32,000 nt of DNA from positions 60,001 through 92,000 of the forward strand of contig NC_009664.2 of the NCBI RefSeq assembly GCF_000017305.1, in the 5' to 3' direction. Shown one piece after another: positions 1 through 8,306 of this stretch. Numbering within the stretch: the first letter of the stretch is position 1; each line of letters begins with the position of its first letter. Both the position numbers and the translations under genes were made by a program. The DNA is from Kineococcus radiotolerans SRS30216 = ATCC BAA-149 (GTDB taxonomy: Bacteria > Actinomycetota > Actinomycetes > Actinomycetales > Kineococcaceae). The notes under the pieces are model-generated. The model was given only the letters and a program-made list of their open reading frames with translations, had not been told where the DNA came from and did no database searches.

Positions 1-414
1 GCCGACGGCCACCACCTGCACGACACCGTCCTCGACCTCGCGCTGAGCAGCGCCCGCGGTCGAGCCTGCCTCGTCTCCGACGCCATGGCCGCCACCGGTC
101 TCGGCGACGGCGACCACGTGCTCGCCGGCTCCGCCGTCCGGGTCCGCGACGGCGTGGCCGAACTGGCCGACGGCTCCTCGCTGGCCGGGAGCACCACACC
201 GCTGGCTCTCGCCGCGCTCCGCCTGCTGCGCCGGGGAACTCCCGTGCCCGACGTCGTGAACCTCACCAGCACGGTCGCGGCGCGCACGCTCGGGTTGCCC
301 GTCCCCCACCTGCAGGCCGGAGAACCCGCCGACCTCGTGGAGTTCCACCTCACCGGGGGCGCCGAGGAGGCGACGCTGGGTCGCGTGGCGCGGAGGGGCT
401 CATGGCTCGGGTGA
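1..414 (+). CDS. nagA: N-acetylglucosamine/N-acetylgalactosamine-6-phosphate deacetylase, C-terminal part (5' end lies outside the window)
   Basis: Frame 1 is open from base 1. ADGHHLH, ACLVSDAMAATG, SSLAGSTTPL and GEPADLVEF parallel E. coli NagA IADGLHV / LCLVTDATAPAG / GTLSGSSLTM / GKVANLTAF (from memory). Stop at 412-414, overlapped by the next gene's ATG at 402. Confidence 0.75.
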   Translation, partial: ADGHHLHDTVLDLALSSARGRACLVSDAMAATGLGDGDHVLAGSAVRVRDGVAELADGSSLAGSTTPLALAALRLLRRGTPVPDVVNLTSTVAARTLGLPVPHLQAGEPADLVEFHLTGGAEEATLGRVARRGSWLG

Positions 415-1385
415 CGGTGGTGACGCCCAACCCCGCCGTCGACATCACCTACCGGGTGCCGCGGCAGCGGATCGGGGAGACGGTGCGCGTCCAGGACGTC
501 CTGCGCCGGGCGGGGGGCAAGGGCCTCAACGTCGCCCGGGTCCTGCGCACGCTCGGGGTCGACGTCGTCGCCGTGCACCCCCTGGGTGGGGCTGCAGGGC
601 AGTGGATCACCCGGGAACTGGCTGCGGAGGGCATCCCCGCCCACGCCGTCGAGCTCGCCGACGAGACCCGCAGCACCGTCACCGTCGTCGACGACGTCGA
701 GCACCCCACCGTGCTCGCCGAAGCGGGACCGCACGTCCCGCCCCGGGCGTGGGCGCAGCTGAACGAGCGGGTGGCGCAGAGCTGCGAGGACGGCGACGTC
801 CTCGTCGTCTCGGGATCGCTGCCTCCCCGCACCACCCCCGCATACGTCACCGACCTCATCGGCGCCGGCCGACGTGCGGGGGCCCGCGTCATCGTCGACG
901 TCAGCGGCGCGGGCCTGCTGGCCGCTGCCGCCGCAGGGGCAGACCTGCTCAAGCCCAACGCCGAGGAGGCGCTCGCGGCCACGGGTGCCGCCGACCTCCC
1001 CGCCGCCGTCGCGCAGCTGCTGCGAGCCGGTGCCCGCGGCGTCGTCGTCTCCCGCGGCAGCGCCGGTCTGATCGCCGTGGGCCCCGACGGGCAGCAGGTC
1101 TACCAGGACGCCGTGCCCGGAGTCTCGGGGAACCCCACCGGAGCGGGAGACGCCGCCACCGCCGGGATCGCTGCGGCCTGGGCCCGCGGAGCACCGCTGC
1201 CCGTCGCGCTGCGCTGGGCGAGCCTGCTCGGCGCGGCCGCGGTACTGCGCCCCTCGGCGGGCGAGGTCGACCCGGACGACCTCACCGTCCTCGCCGCGCG
1301 CCTCCCCGACCTCCCCGCCGCGCTGCGTTCCTCCTCCCTCCTCCCCGCCACGACGTCCACCCCGCCCGGCACCCGTGCCGGCTGA
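402..1385 (+). CDS. PfkB-family sugar-phosphate kinase (tagatose-6-phosphate kinase / 1-phosphofructokinase type)
   Basis: 327-aa GC3-rich ORF. The N-terminal VTPNPAVD...GGKGLNVA and C-terminal GNPTGAGDAATAG motifs are typical of PfkB/LacC/FruK kinases. It sits between a NagA-like gene and a class II aldolase. Confidence 0.8.
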   Translation: MARVTVVTPNPAVDITYRVPRQRIGETVRVQDVLRRAGGKGLNVARVLRTLGVDVVAVHPLGGAAGQWITRELAAEGIPAHAVELADETRSTVTVVDDVEHPTVLAEAGPHVPPRAWAQLNERVAQSCEDGDVLVVSGSLPPRTTPAYVTDLIGAGRRAGARVIVDVSGAGLLAAAAAGADLLKPNAEEALAATGAADLPAAVAQLLRAGARGVVVSRGSAGLIAVGPDGQQVYQDAVPGVSGNPTGAGDAATAGIAAAWARGAPLPVALRWASLLGAAAVLRPSAGEVDPDDLTVLAARLPDLPAALRSSSLLPATTSTPPGTRAG

Positions 1386-1401
1386 GAACGGAGCCCCCCC
1401 C

Positions 1402-2247
1402 GTGTCGACCCTCCTCGACTCCCCCGTCGTCGCCGCTCTGCAGCACGCCCGCACCGGGCGCAGCGGGATCGGCGCCTTCAACGTCGTCCTGCTCGAGCAC
1501 GCGGAGGCCATCGTCGACGGCGCCGAACGGGCGGGCGTCCCGGTCATCCTGCAGATCAGCCAGAACTGCATCGCCTACCACGGCGCCCTGGAGCCGCTGA
1601 CGGCTGCGACCCTCGCCCTCGCCCGACGCTCCCCGGTGCCGGCCATCGTCCACCTCGATCACGCCGACGACGTCGACCTCGTCCACCGGGCCGTCGCCTC
1701 CGGGGTGGACAGCGTCATGTTCGACGGCTCCCACCTGCCCTACGAGGACAACGTCCGCGTCACCCGCGAGGTCGTCGAGCACTGCCACGCGCACGGCGTC
1801 CCCGTCGAAGCGGAGCTGGGAGAAGTCGGCGGCAAGGACGGTGTGCACGCCCCCGGAGCGCGCACCGATCCCGCCCAGGCCGCGGCGTTCGTGGCGGCCA
1901 CCGGCGTCGACAGCCTGGCCGTGGCCGTCGGCAGCTCGCACGCCATGACCGAGCGGGTCGCCACCCTCGACCTGGACCTGGTGGCCGCGCTCGCGGCCGT
2001 GGTCCCCGTCCCCCTCGTCCTGCACGGCTCCTCCGGCGTCGCCGACGACCAGTTGTCGGCGGCCGTGCGTGCGGGCATGACCAAGGTGAACATCTCGACC
2101 CACCTCAACGGCCTGTTCACCCGCGCCGTGCGCGAAGTGCTCGACGCCGACCCGGCGCTGGTCGATCCCCGCAAGTACGTCGCACCGGCCCGTGCGGCGG
2201 TGGCTCGGGAGGTGCAGCGGTTGCTGCGCCTGCTGGCCGAGGCGTGA
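1402..2247 (+). CDS. class II (metal-dependent) ketose-bisphosphate aldolase, tagatose-1,6-bisphosphate/FBP aldolase family
   Basis: Motifs AFNV, PVILQIS, HLDH, AVGSSH and LVLHGSSG. The GTG at 1402 has GGAG 8 nt upstream; the longest possible start is GTG 1375. The stop overlaps the next start (GTGA at 2244-2247). Confidence 0.85.
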   Translation: MSTLLDSPVVAALQHARTGRSGIGAFNVVLLEHAEAIVDGAERAGVPVILQISQNCIAYHGALEPLTAATLALARRSPVPAIVHLDHADDVDLVHRAVASGVDSVMFDGSHLPYEDNVRVTREVVEHCHAHGVPVEAELGEVGGKDGVHAPGARTDPAQAAAFVAATGVDSLAVAVGSSHAMTERVATLDLDLVAALAAVVPVPLVLHGSSGVADDQLSAAVRAGMTKVNISTHLNGLFTRAVREVLDADPALVDPRKYVAPARAAVAREVQRLLRLLAEA

Positions 2248-3002
2248 ACAGCGCGGCCGCCGACCCCGACACCGAGGTCCTGCGGGAGGCGCTGGAGGCC
2301 GAACAGCCTCCGGCTGCCCTGGCTCTGACGGTCGAGCGGTTCGTCCGGTCCCTCGACCTCCTGCGTCCGGAGGTCTTCGCGCGGTTCGCCGCGCTGGGGC
2401 TGGACCGGGCGACGGCGGAGGAGACGCTCGCGGACGTCCCGCGGAAGGTGGCGGCCTACGGAACCGGGCCCGAGGTGGGGATCGACGTGGGATGGCTGCT
2501 CGGGTTGGCCCGAGCCGACGTCGTCTCGGTGGGTCGGTTGCAGGTGGAGCGGGTCGCGGGCCCCGACGGCCGGGCGGTGCACGTCCCGGAGTCGGGCGCG
2601 TTGCTGCCTGCGGCGGTCGACGCCTCCCTGGAGCGGGCGGTGGCCCTGTTCGGAGGGGAACCGTTCACCTGCACGTCGTGGCTGCTCGACCCCCTGCTGC
2701 CCGCGGCGCTGGGCCCGGGCAGCGGCATCGTCCGCTTCGCCAGCAGGTTCGTGGTGGATCCGCCGGCGGACAGGCCGGGAACGCCGGGCGGGTCGGACGG
2801 TGAGGACGGGGACCGCGCGGTGGCGAAGTTCGTGTTCCGCCGCCCGCTGCGCGAGGTCCTCGACCCGAGGATCACGCAACCGCGCACCCGGCTCGAGCAC
2901 TGCGTCGTCGGGCACCTGCGCGCGGGCGGGCACTGGTCTGAACCACGGGGAGTGCACCGCCGCACCGAGCCCCACCCGGTGCGGTCGCCTGCTCCGTCGT
3001 GA
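2244..3002 (+). CDS. conserved hypothetical protein, possibly of the GNAT-like C-terminal acyltransferase-domain family
   Basis: 252-aa GC3-rich ORF, translationally coupled to the aldolase. VHVPESGALLP..SLERAVALF..FTCTSWLLDPLLP..IVRF resembles, from memory, the 'acyltransferase domain-containing protein' (NAT_N/GNAT_C) family. Function unproven. Confidence 0.5.
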   Translation: MNSAAADPDTEVLREALEAEQPPAALALTVERFVRSLDLLRPEVFARFAALGLDRATAEETLADVPRKVAAYGTGPEVGIDVGWLLGLARADVVSVGRLQVERVAGPDGRAVHVPESGALLPAAVDASLERAVALFGGEPFTCTSWLLDPLLPAALGPGSGIVRFASRFVVDPPADRPGTPGGSDGEDGDRAVAKFVFRRPLREVLDPRITQPRTRLEHCVVGHLRAGGHWSEPRGVHRRTEPHPVRSPAPS

Positions 3003-3172
3003 CCGCAGCACCGCGCACGACGCCGGCTGGACGTGCTGATCCGCTCCCCGCCGCACCGCTCGGCCCGTCCGCTGCGCGACGCGGTGGCACGAGCGGCGGC
3101 CTCGACGCCCGCCGCGGGACGGGTCTGCCGGTGCTCCCAGCGGGTGGCGCGGCGAGGAGAGAGGGGGAGCAC

Positions 3173-4066
3173 GTGAGCAGCTCAGGTCGAGCGCGGCAAC
3201 CGCTCGACGGATCGGGTCGTCCCCCGGTGGTGACTGCTTCTCCCGACGTTCCCCCGACCGGACCGGACCCGAGGTTCCGCAGGCGATCCGACCGCCTGCT
3301 CGCGATCCTGTCGCTGCTGGACGAGCACGACGTCGTGCGCCTGCGGCAGTTCGTGCGTCAGCTGGCCGTTTCCGAGGCCACCGTCCGTCGCGACCTGTCC
3401 GACCTCGAGGAGCAGGGGATGCTGACGCGCACCCACGGCGGCGCCCGGAGATCGGCTCCGGCGACGGAGCTCCCGATGCGCCTGCGTGCTGGGCAGTCCC
3501 ACCACGTCAAGCAGCTCATCGCCCGCCGGGCGGCGACGTTCCTGCCCCAGGGCCCCTGCACCGTCGCTCTCGGCGGGGGGACGACGGCCGCCGGCGTCGC
3601 CCGCGAGCTGCTGTACCGCAACGGTCTGACGGTCATCACGAACTCGCTGAGCACCGCCGCCGAGATGGGTTCGCGCCCCAACCTGCGGGTCGTGATGACC
3701 GGTGGGACAGTACGCCCGAACTCCCTCGAACTGGTCGGCCTGCTGGCCGAGAGCGCCTTCGCCTCCGTCACCGTGGACCTGGCCATCCTGGGGGCCGACG
3801 GCGTCAGCGCCGAGGGGGGAGTCACGACGTACGACGAGCGGGAGGCCCGCACCAACGCGGTCATGGTCCGCCATTCCCGGCGGGCCGTCGTGGTGGCCGA
3901 TTCCACGAAGATCGGCCGCAGCACACCGGCCGGGGTCACCGGTCTCGGCGACATCGGGGACCTCGTGACCGACAGCGGGGCCTCCTGCGAGGAACTGCGA
4001 CGGATCCGCGCGCTGGGCACACGGGTGCACGTGGTGGGAGCCGGCAGCCTGGCCGACCGCGGGTGA
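3173..4066 (+). CDS. DeoR/GlpR-family transcriptional regulator
   Basis: HTH segment LLAILSLLDEHDVVRLRQFVRQLAVSEATVRRDLSDLEEQGMLTRTHGGA followed by a DeoR C-terminal sugar-binding-type domain. The GTG at 3173 is preceded by GGAGAGAGGGGGAG. The start is uncertain: GTG 2999 and GTG 3227/3230 are alternatives. Confidence 0.85.
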   Translation: MSSSGRARQPLDGSGRPPVVTASPDVPPTGPDPRFRRRSDRLLAILSLLDEHDVVRLRQFVRQLAVSEATVRRDLSDLEEQGMLTRTHGGARRSAPATELPMRLRAGQSHHVKQLIARRAATFLPQGPCTVALGGGTTAAGVARELLYRNGLTVITNSLSTAAEMGSRPNLRVVMTGGTVRPNSLELVGLLAESAFASVTVDLAILGADGVSAEGGVTTYDEREARTNAVMVRHSRRAVVVADSTKIGRSTPAGVTGLGDIGDLVTDSGASCEELRRIRALGTRVHVVGAGSLADRG

Positions 4067-4357
4067 CCGGAGTTCAGTGGAAGACCACCACCACGCGGTT
4101 CGCCACCGATCCGCCGCGGAACCCGCGCACTCCCCCACCCTCGTGCCGCGTAGGCGCCGAGGACCCACCCGGCCTGGAGCGCTCGTTCCGCGCGCCGGGT
4201 TGCACTGGCGGACTGGGCTCCACACGACGTCGATCGCTGGGGAGACGGTAGCTGTCCCGGCCCGGAGTGGTCTGCGGGTCCCCGTTCGCTCATCCGCGGT
4301 GAGCGTTTCCGTCCATCGCCTGTGATTCACGGCACATCCGTGCGGATACTTCCTGGC

Positions 4358-6217
4358 ATGACCGACACCGCCCCCACCTCCCACCGCCCACTGCGGGGTC
4401 CCCGCCTGCGCGCTGCTGCCGCCGTGACGCTCGGTCTCCTCCTCGTCCCCGCCGGCGCCGCCACGACCGCCGCGGCCGGCACCGCCAGCACGGCGGGCGC
4501 GCGGGCGGGCCTCGCCCACGACCGCTCGACCACCGTCAGCTACCGGCCGAGCGACGCGATCATCGCCAACCCGCAACGCGGTTTCTACCGCCACACGGAG
4601 ACCCACTACCGCGCGGACGGCTCCGGGTACACCCCCCTGGATGCGGCGACGCTGCGCGGTTACCGGGACGACGGTGTCACCCAGATCCTGCGCGTCTTCT
4701 ACCTGGAGAAGTTCGCCGCCACCCCCACCCTCGATCCACAGTGGTTGTCAGCGGTGGATGCCGATCTGGCGACGGCCCGCGAGGCCGGCGTCTCCGTCAT
4801 CGTGCGCTTCGCGTACGCCCAGGGTGGTGCCTGGCCCTACTCGCCCCCCTACGGCGACGCGCCGCTGGACGTCGTGCTCTCCCACATCGAGCAGCTCGGG
4901 CCGCTGCTGCGCACCAACTCCGACGTGATCGCCACCGTGCAGTCCGGTTTCGTGGGCCTGTGGGGCGAGGGGTACTACACCGACCACTTCGCCGCGGACC
5001 CGGCCGACCCCGGTGTCCTCACGGAACAGGACTGGGCGAAGCGGGCCGCTGTCGTGCGAGCGCTCCTGGACGAGCTGCCCGACGACCGCACCCTGCAGGT
5101 CCGCACGATGTCCATGAAGCAGACCATCCTCGGCGTCCCCACCGGCGAGGAGGGCGCACTGACCCCTGACCAGGCCCACGACGGAACGGACCTGGCGCGC
5201 GTGGGGCACCACAACGACTGCTTCCTCGCCAGTCCGGACGACTTCGGCACCTTCCTGTCGAACCCGCTGGCGCTGGACGAGGACTACCTCGCGGCGGACA
5301 CCCGCTACGTCCCCATGGGCGGTGAGACCTGCACGGTGAACCCACCGAAGTCGGAGTGGGAGAGCGCCTCGACGCTCATGGCCCGCTACCACTTCAGCTA
5401 CCTCAACCGGGACTACAACCAGGACGTCCTGAACTCGTGGGGTGGAGCGGGCATCGAGGAGACCGCCAAGCGGCTCGGCTACCGCTTCGTGCTCGAGGAC
5501 AGCACCGTCACCGCAGGGTCACCCCGCGCGGACGGCTCACCCACCGTCGAGGTCGGTGTCCGCAACGAGGGGTGGGCCGCGCCGTACAACGAACGGCCCG
5601 CACGCCTCGTCCTGCGCAACGACGAGGGGACCTGGGCGGTCCCGTTCACGGGCGACGACGCCTCGGCCCTGCCCGCTGATGCCCGCGACTGGGCCCCCGG
5701 CACCACCACGGTCATCACCGCCGAACCCTGCGGCGTGCCCAAGGGGAAGTACGACGCCTACCTGGACCTCCCCTCACCCGACGCCTCCGTCCAGGGCGAC
5801 CCGGACTTCTCGATCCGCACGGCGAACGCGGGCACCTGGACGGCCGAGACCGGCTGGAACGACCTGGGTCAGCGCGTGACCGTGCGAGCCACGCGGTCGA
5901 CCCCCCGGGAGTGCGGTGACCTGGGAGCTGTCCGCCTGGACCACGCCGCCGAGCGCGCGACCCTGGCGGCGATCACCACCGCGCTGGACGGCTACGCCGA
6001 GACCGGGGAGGTCTCCGGACCGGTCCTGCAGGGGTTGCGGGAGAGCCTCCGCCGAGCCGAGAGGCACGCCGTCGCGGGTCGGGCGGACGCCGCGGCGGCC
6101 GCGCTCGAGCGTGCCGTGGACCGCCTCGCGGCGCCCCGGCGCGGCGACCGACTGGCAGAGGCCGCGCGCGCGGACCTCATCGGGAAGGTCCAGGCAGCGA
6201 TCGACCAGCTCGCCTGA
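4358..6217 (+). CDS. secreted DUF4874/DUF4832-like putative glycoside hydrolase with an Ala/Arg-rich helical C-terminal tail
   Basis: The ATG at 4358 gives MTDTAPTSHRPLRGPRLRAAAAVTLGLLLVPAGAATTAAA, which is signal-peptide-like. NPQRGFYRH, ILRVFYLEKF, VIVRFAY and GFVGLWGEGYY match my memory of DUF4874+DUF4832 TIM-barrel proteins. The last ~90 aa (ATLAAITTALDGY...AAIDQLA) look like a helical hairpin. Confidence 0.65.
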   Translation: MTDTAPTSHRPLRGPRLRAAAAVTLGLLLVPAGAATTAAAGTASTAGARAGLAHDRSTTVSYRPSDAIIANPQRGFYRHTETHYRADGSGYTPLDAATLRGYRDDGVTQILRVFYLEKFAATPTLDPQWLSAVDADLATAREAGVSVIVRFAYAQGGAWPYSPPYGDAPLDVVLSHIEQLGPLLRTNSDVIATVQSGFVGLWGEGYYTDHFAADPADPGVLTEQDWAKRAAVVRALLDELPDDRTLQVRTMSMKQTILGVPTGEEGALTPDQAHDGTDLARVGHHNDCFLASPDDFGTFLSNPLALDEDYLAADTRYVPMGGETCTVNPPKSEWESASTLMARYHFSYLNRDYNQDVLNSWGGAGIEETAKRLGYRFVLEDSTVTAGSPRADGSPTVEVGVRNEGWAAPYNERPARLVLRNDEGTWAVPFTGDDASALPADARDWAPGTTTVITAEPCGVPKGKYDAYLDLPSPDASVQGDPDFSIRTANAGTWTAETGWNDLGQRVTVRATRSTPRECGDLGAVRLDHAAERATLAAITTALDGYAETGEVSGPVLQGLRESLRRAERHAVAGRADAAAAALERAVDRLAAPRRGDRLAEAARADLIGKVQAAIDQLA

Positions 6218-6247
6218 GCGGTCGAGGCCCCGGGTCGAGCACGGTCA

Positions 6248-6294
6248 CGGCGGTGGGGTGTCACCGCGGCTCGTGCGGTAACACCCCACCGCCG
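6248..6294. terminator. long GC-rich hairpin downstream of the DUF4832-like gene (candidate intrinsic terminator between convergent genes)
   Basis: CGGCGGTGGGGTGT (6248-6261) pairs perfectly with ACACCCCACCGCCG (6281-6294). The 19-nt interior can add an ACCGC/GCGGT stem. It lies 31 nt after the stop at 6217. There is no U-tract, which is common in high-GC actinobacteria. Confidence 0.5.
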
Positions 6295-6617
6295 CGGGCC
6301 TCGGCGCAGTCGTCGTCGGAGGCCAGTGGTCAGTCCGGTGTCAGCGGTCAGCCCGGTGCTGTGCCGGGTGGATCTTCCCCGTCAGCAGCGCCCAGGGTCA
6401 GCAGGGGTGATGATCGCGCCACGTGGTGCATCACTGGACTGCCGGGCCGACCGTCGGTGTGGTGACCGGGTCCGCCGTGGTGGGCCACCCCTCCTGGCCG
6501 CGCGGCGGACTCGACCTGTGTGACCCATCGACGTGACCGACCGGCAACAGGCGAGGCCCGGCGGCCACACTGCGCGCTCCTGCACCTGACAGGTCGCTGG
6601 TCACGAGGTCCCCGAGG

Positions 6618-7322
6618 TCAGGCTGTGAGGAACTGGCGGTAGAACTCCGCCGGGTCCCTGGCCAGCGCGGCCTTGACCATCGCGGTCGATTCGTCGGCGA
6701 CGACCTCGATCTTCGACGCCGCGACGCCGTCGAGCACCGTGCGGGCGACGTCGGCGGGGTCGTTCTTCGGCAGGTCGTAGCCCTTGATCATGTCGGTGTC
6801 GGTGGCCCCCAGGTGCACCGAGGTGACGAGGGTCCCCTGGCTCGCCAGTTCCAGGCGGAGGGCGTTGCTCATGTTCCAGTTCGCCGCCTTGGACACGGCG
6901 TACGCGCCGTTGCCGGGGTAGACGGACCAGGAGAGCGCCGAGGCGATGTTGACCACCGCACCGCCGCCGTTCGCGGCGAGGATCGGCGCGAACGCACGCA
7001 CCATCGAGAGGGTCCCCCAGAAGTTCACGTCCATCTCGGCGCGAACGGCGTCCAGGTCCCCGAGGAGGTCCGCCCACGTCGAGGACCCCGCGTTGTTGAT
7101 CAGGAGGTTCACGTCCCCGGCACCCCGCGCGGCCGACGCGACAGCCTCGGGGTCGGTGATGTCCAGCGCGAGGACGCGGACCCCGGGGACGTCGATGGAG
7201 TCAGGGCGGCGGGTAGCGGCGTAGACCGTCGCACCGCGCTCCAGGAGCTGACTGACGAAGTGCGCTCCGATGCCACGGTTGGCGCCGGTGACGAGCGCGG
7301 TGGTGGTGCTGTCGATGTTCAC
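6618..7322 (-). CDS. short-chain dehydrogenase/reductase (SDR) family oxidoreductase
   Basis: TGANRGIG, NNAG and YAVSKAA (YxxxK) motifs. The GTG at 7322 gives VNIDSTTTALVTGANRGIG, a typical SDR N-terminus, and lies 7 nt after a TAGCGT -10 element, suggesting a leaderless mRNA. In-frame alternatives are ATG 7346 and TTG 7361. Confidence 0.85.
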   Translation of the reverse strand: MNIDSTTTALVTGANRGIGAHFVSQLLERGATVYAATRRPDSIDVPGVRVLALDITDPEAVASAARGAGDVNLLINNAGSSTWADLLGDLDAVRAEMDVNFWGTLSMVRAFAPILAANGGGAVVNIASALSWSVYPGNGAYAVSKAANWNMSNALRLELASQGTLVTSVHLGATDTDMIKGYDLPKNDPADVARTVLDGVAASKIEVVADESTAMVKAALARDPAEFYRQFLTA

Positions 7323-7329
7323 GTCGACT

Positions 7330-7361
7330 ACGCTAAAACCTGACATCGATGTGAGAGGCAA
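7330..7361 (-). promoter_or_regulatory. MerR-type promoter with an over-long spacer and a central palindrome, driving the SDR gene
   Basis: On the minus strand: TTGCCT (7361-7356), 20-nt spacer, TAGCGT (7335-7330). The spacer contains the perfect 10-bp palindrome ACATCGATGT (7343-7352). A MerR-family gene starts divergently at 7390. Confidence 0.5.
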
Positions 7362-7389
7362 GCAGTTCGTCGGGGGCGGGGGTACGGGA

Positions 7390-7755
7390 GTGCGGATCGG
7401 TGAGGTCGCCGCCGGTGCGGGGGTGAGTGTTCGAGTTCTGCGCTACTACGAGGAGCAGGGGCTGCTGTCCGCTCAGCGGAGCCCCAGTGGGCAGCGGCAC
7501 TACGGTGAAACGGCCGTCGACCGGGTCAAGCTCATCCAGCAGCTCTACGCGGCGGGCCTGTCCAGCAAGGCGGTGGCCCAGCTGCTGCCGTGCGTCGACA
7601 CCAAGACGTCCACCCCTGAAGTGCGCGGGCGGCTGAGGCACGAACGTGAACGGATCGATCGGCAGATCCAGGAGTTGCTGGCGGCCCGCGCGGAGCTCGA
7701 CAAGGTGATCCACACCGCGGAGAACCCCGGGTCGGGCTACACCTACGTTGCCTGA
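7390..7755 (+). CDS. MerR-family transcriptional regulator
   Basis: VRIGEVAAGAGVSVRVLRYYEEQGLLSAQRSPSGQRHY is a canonical MerR HTH, followed by a coiled-coil-like region (ERERIDRQIQELLAARAELDKV). GTG start at 7390; the upstream in-frame extension overlaps the SDR gene and promoter. Confidence 0.85.
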   Translation: MRIGEVAAGAGVSVRVLRYYEEQGLLSAQRSPSGQRHYGETAVDRVKLIQQLYAAGLSSKAVAQLLPCVDTKTSTPEVRGRLRHERERIDRQIQELLAARAELDKVIHTAENPGSGYTYVA

Positions 7756-7787
7756 GGGAGCGTTGGGCAGCTGACGCCTGCTGAGCG

Positions 7788-8104
7788 TCAAGGACTGGTC
7801 GGTCTTCCGCGGGAGGGCCGGCGACAGCTGCTCACTCCAGCCGTCGGGTGGGTGGACTCAACTGGCCGGCGTTCGCCGACCCGGATCGGGGCCTCCACTC
7901 CTCCACGGCGATGCCCCCACCCAGGCCGAGTTCGGCGCGCCGATCGTGCGTGTTCTCGGAGTCGTAGCCGGCATCCAGGTGCACCGTCACCGGGGTCGAA
8001 CTCCGGTTGCGGTGGTCGGTGCATGGCGAACTGGCCATCAGCGGTGGTGGCAGCACGGGCACGGGTTCCTCGGCGATCCGGTGCGTGGAGAACTCCATGA
8101 TCAT
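7788..8104 (-). pseudogene. IS5-family (DDE) transposase remnant, C-terminal ~100 codons, frameshifted
   Basis: One minus frame reads ...VTVHLDAGYDSENTHDRRAELGLGG. A second frame continues RRGGVEAPIRVGERRPVESTHP, which matches the IS5-group pattern (HLDRGYDS....G.PAPIQAG.RWVVERTHSW, from memory). No N-terminal half and no inverted repeats were found. Confidence 0.55.
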
Positions 8105-8306
8105 CGAGGCCCGTGCTCGCCTGCCTGCTGGCCGAGGAGACGTCGACTCGCTTGCTGAGAGCCGTCCTCAGCCACGCCTCGTTCCACCGCGGCAGTCGCT
8201 CCCCGGGAGCGGATGAGCTGCAGGTGTCGCTGCTGGGGTGGGTCGCCGAGGCTGAGGAGCCCTCCTGGTGAACCACGGAGGAGATGACGACGTCGTCACC
8301 GCCGGG

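Noticed and set aside
2999-3172. 58-codon N-terminal extension of the DeoR regulator starting at a GTGA overlap with the previous gene
   Set aside because: The extension is low-complexity (P/A/R/G) with clearly lower GC3 than the rest of the gene. A GTG with a strong GGAG-rich RBS lies at 3173. It is kept only as an alternative start.
4300-4357. Cluster of small inverted repeats (GTGATTCAC, CACGG-N5-CCGTG, ATCCG-TG-CGGAT) and a GATACT hexamer 7 nt before the ATG at 4358, considered as a DeoR operator or leaderless promoter
   Set aside because: The arms are 4-5 bp and easily arise by chance in this composition. No defined DeoR consensus is available for comparison.
6253-6465. 70-aa ORF with a collagen-like GQSGVSGQPG stretch
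   Set aside because: The pattern is produced by the GGTCAG(C/T)CCGGTG direct repeat. The ORF starts inside the terminator hairpin and has no start context.
7772-7790. Hairpin TGACGC-N7-GCGTCA after the merR stop, considered as a terminator
   Set aside because: The stem is only 6 bp with no U-tract, which is too weak to call.
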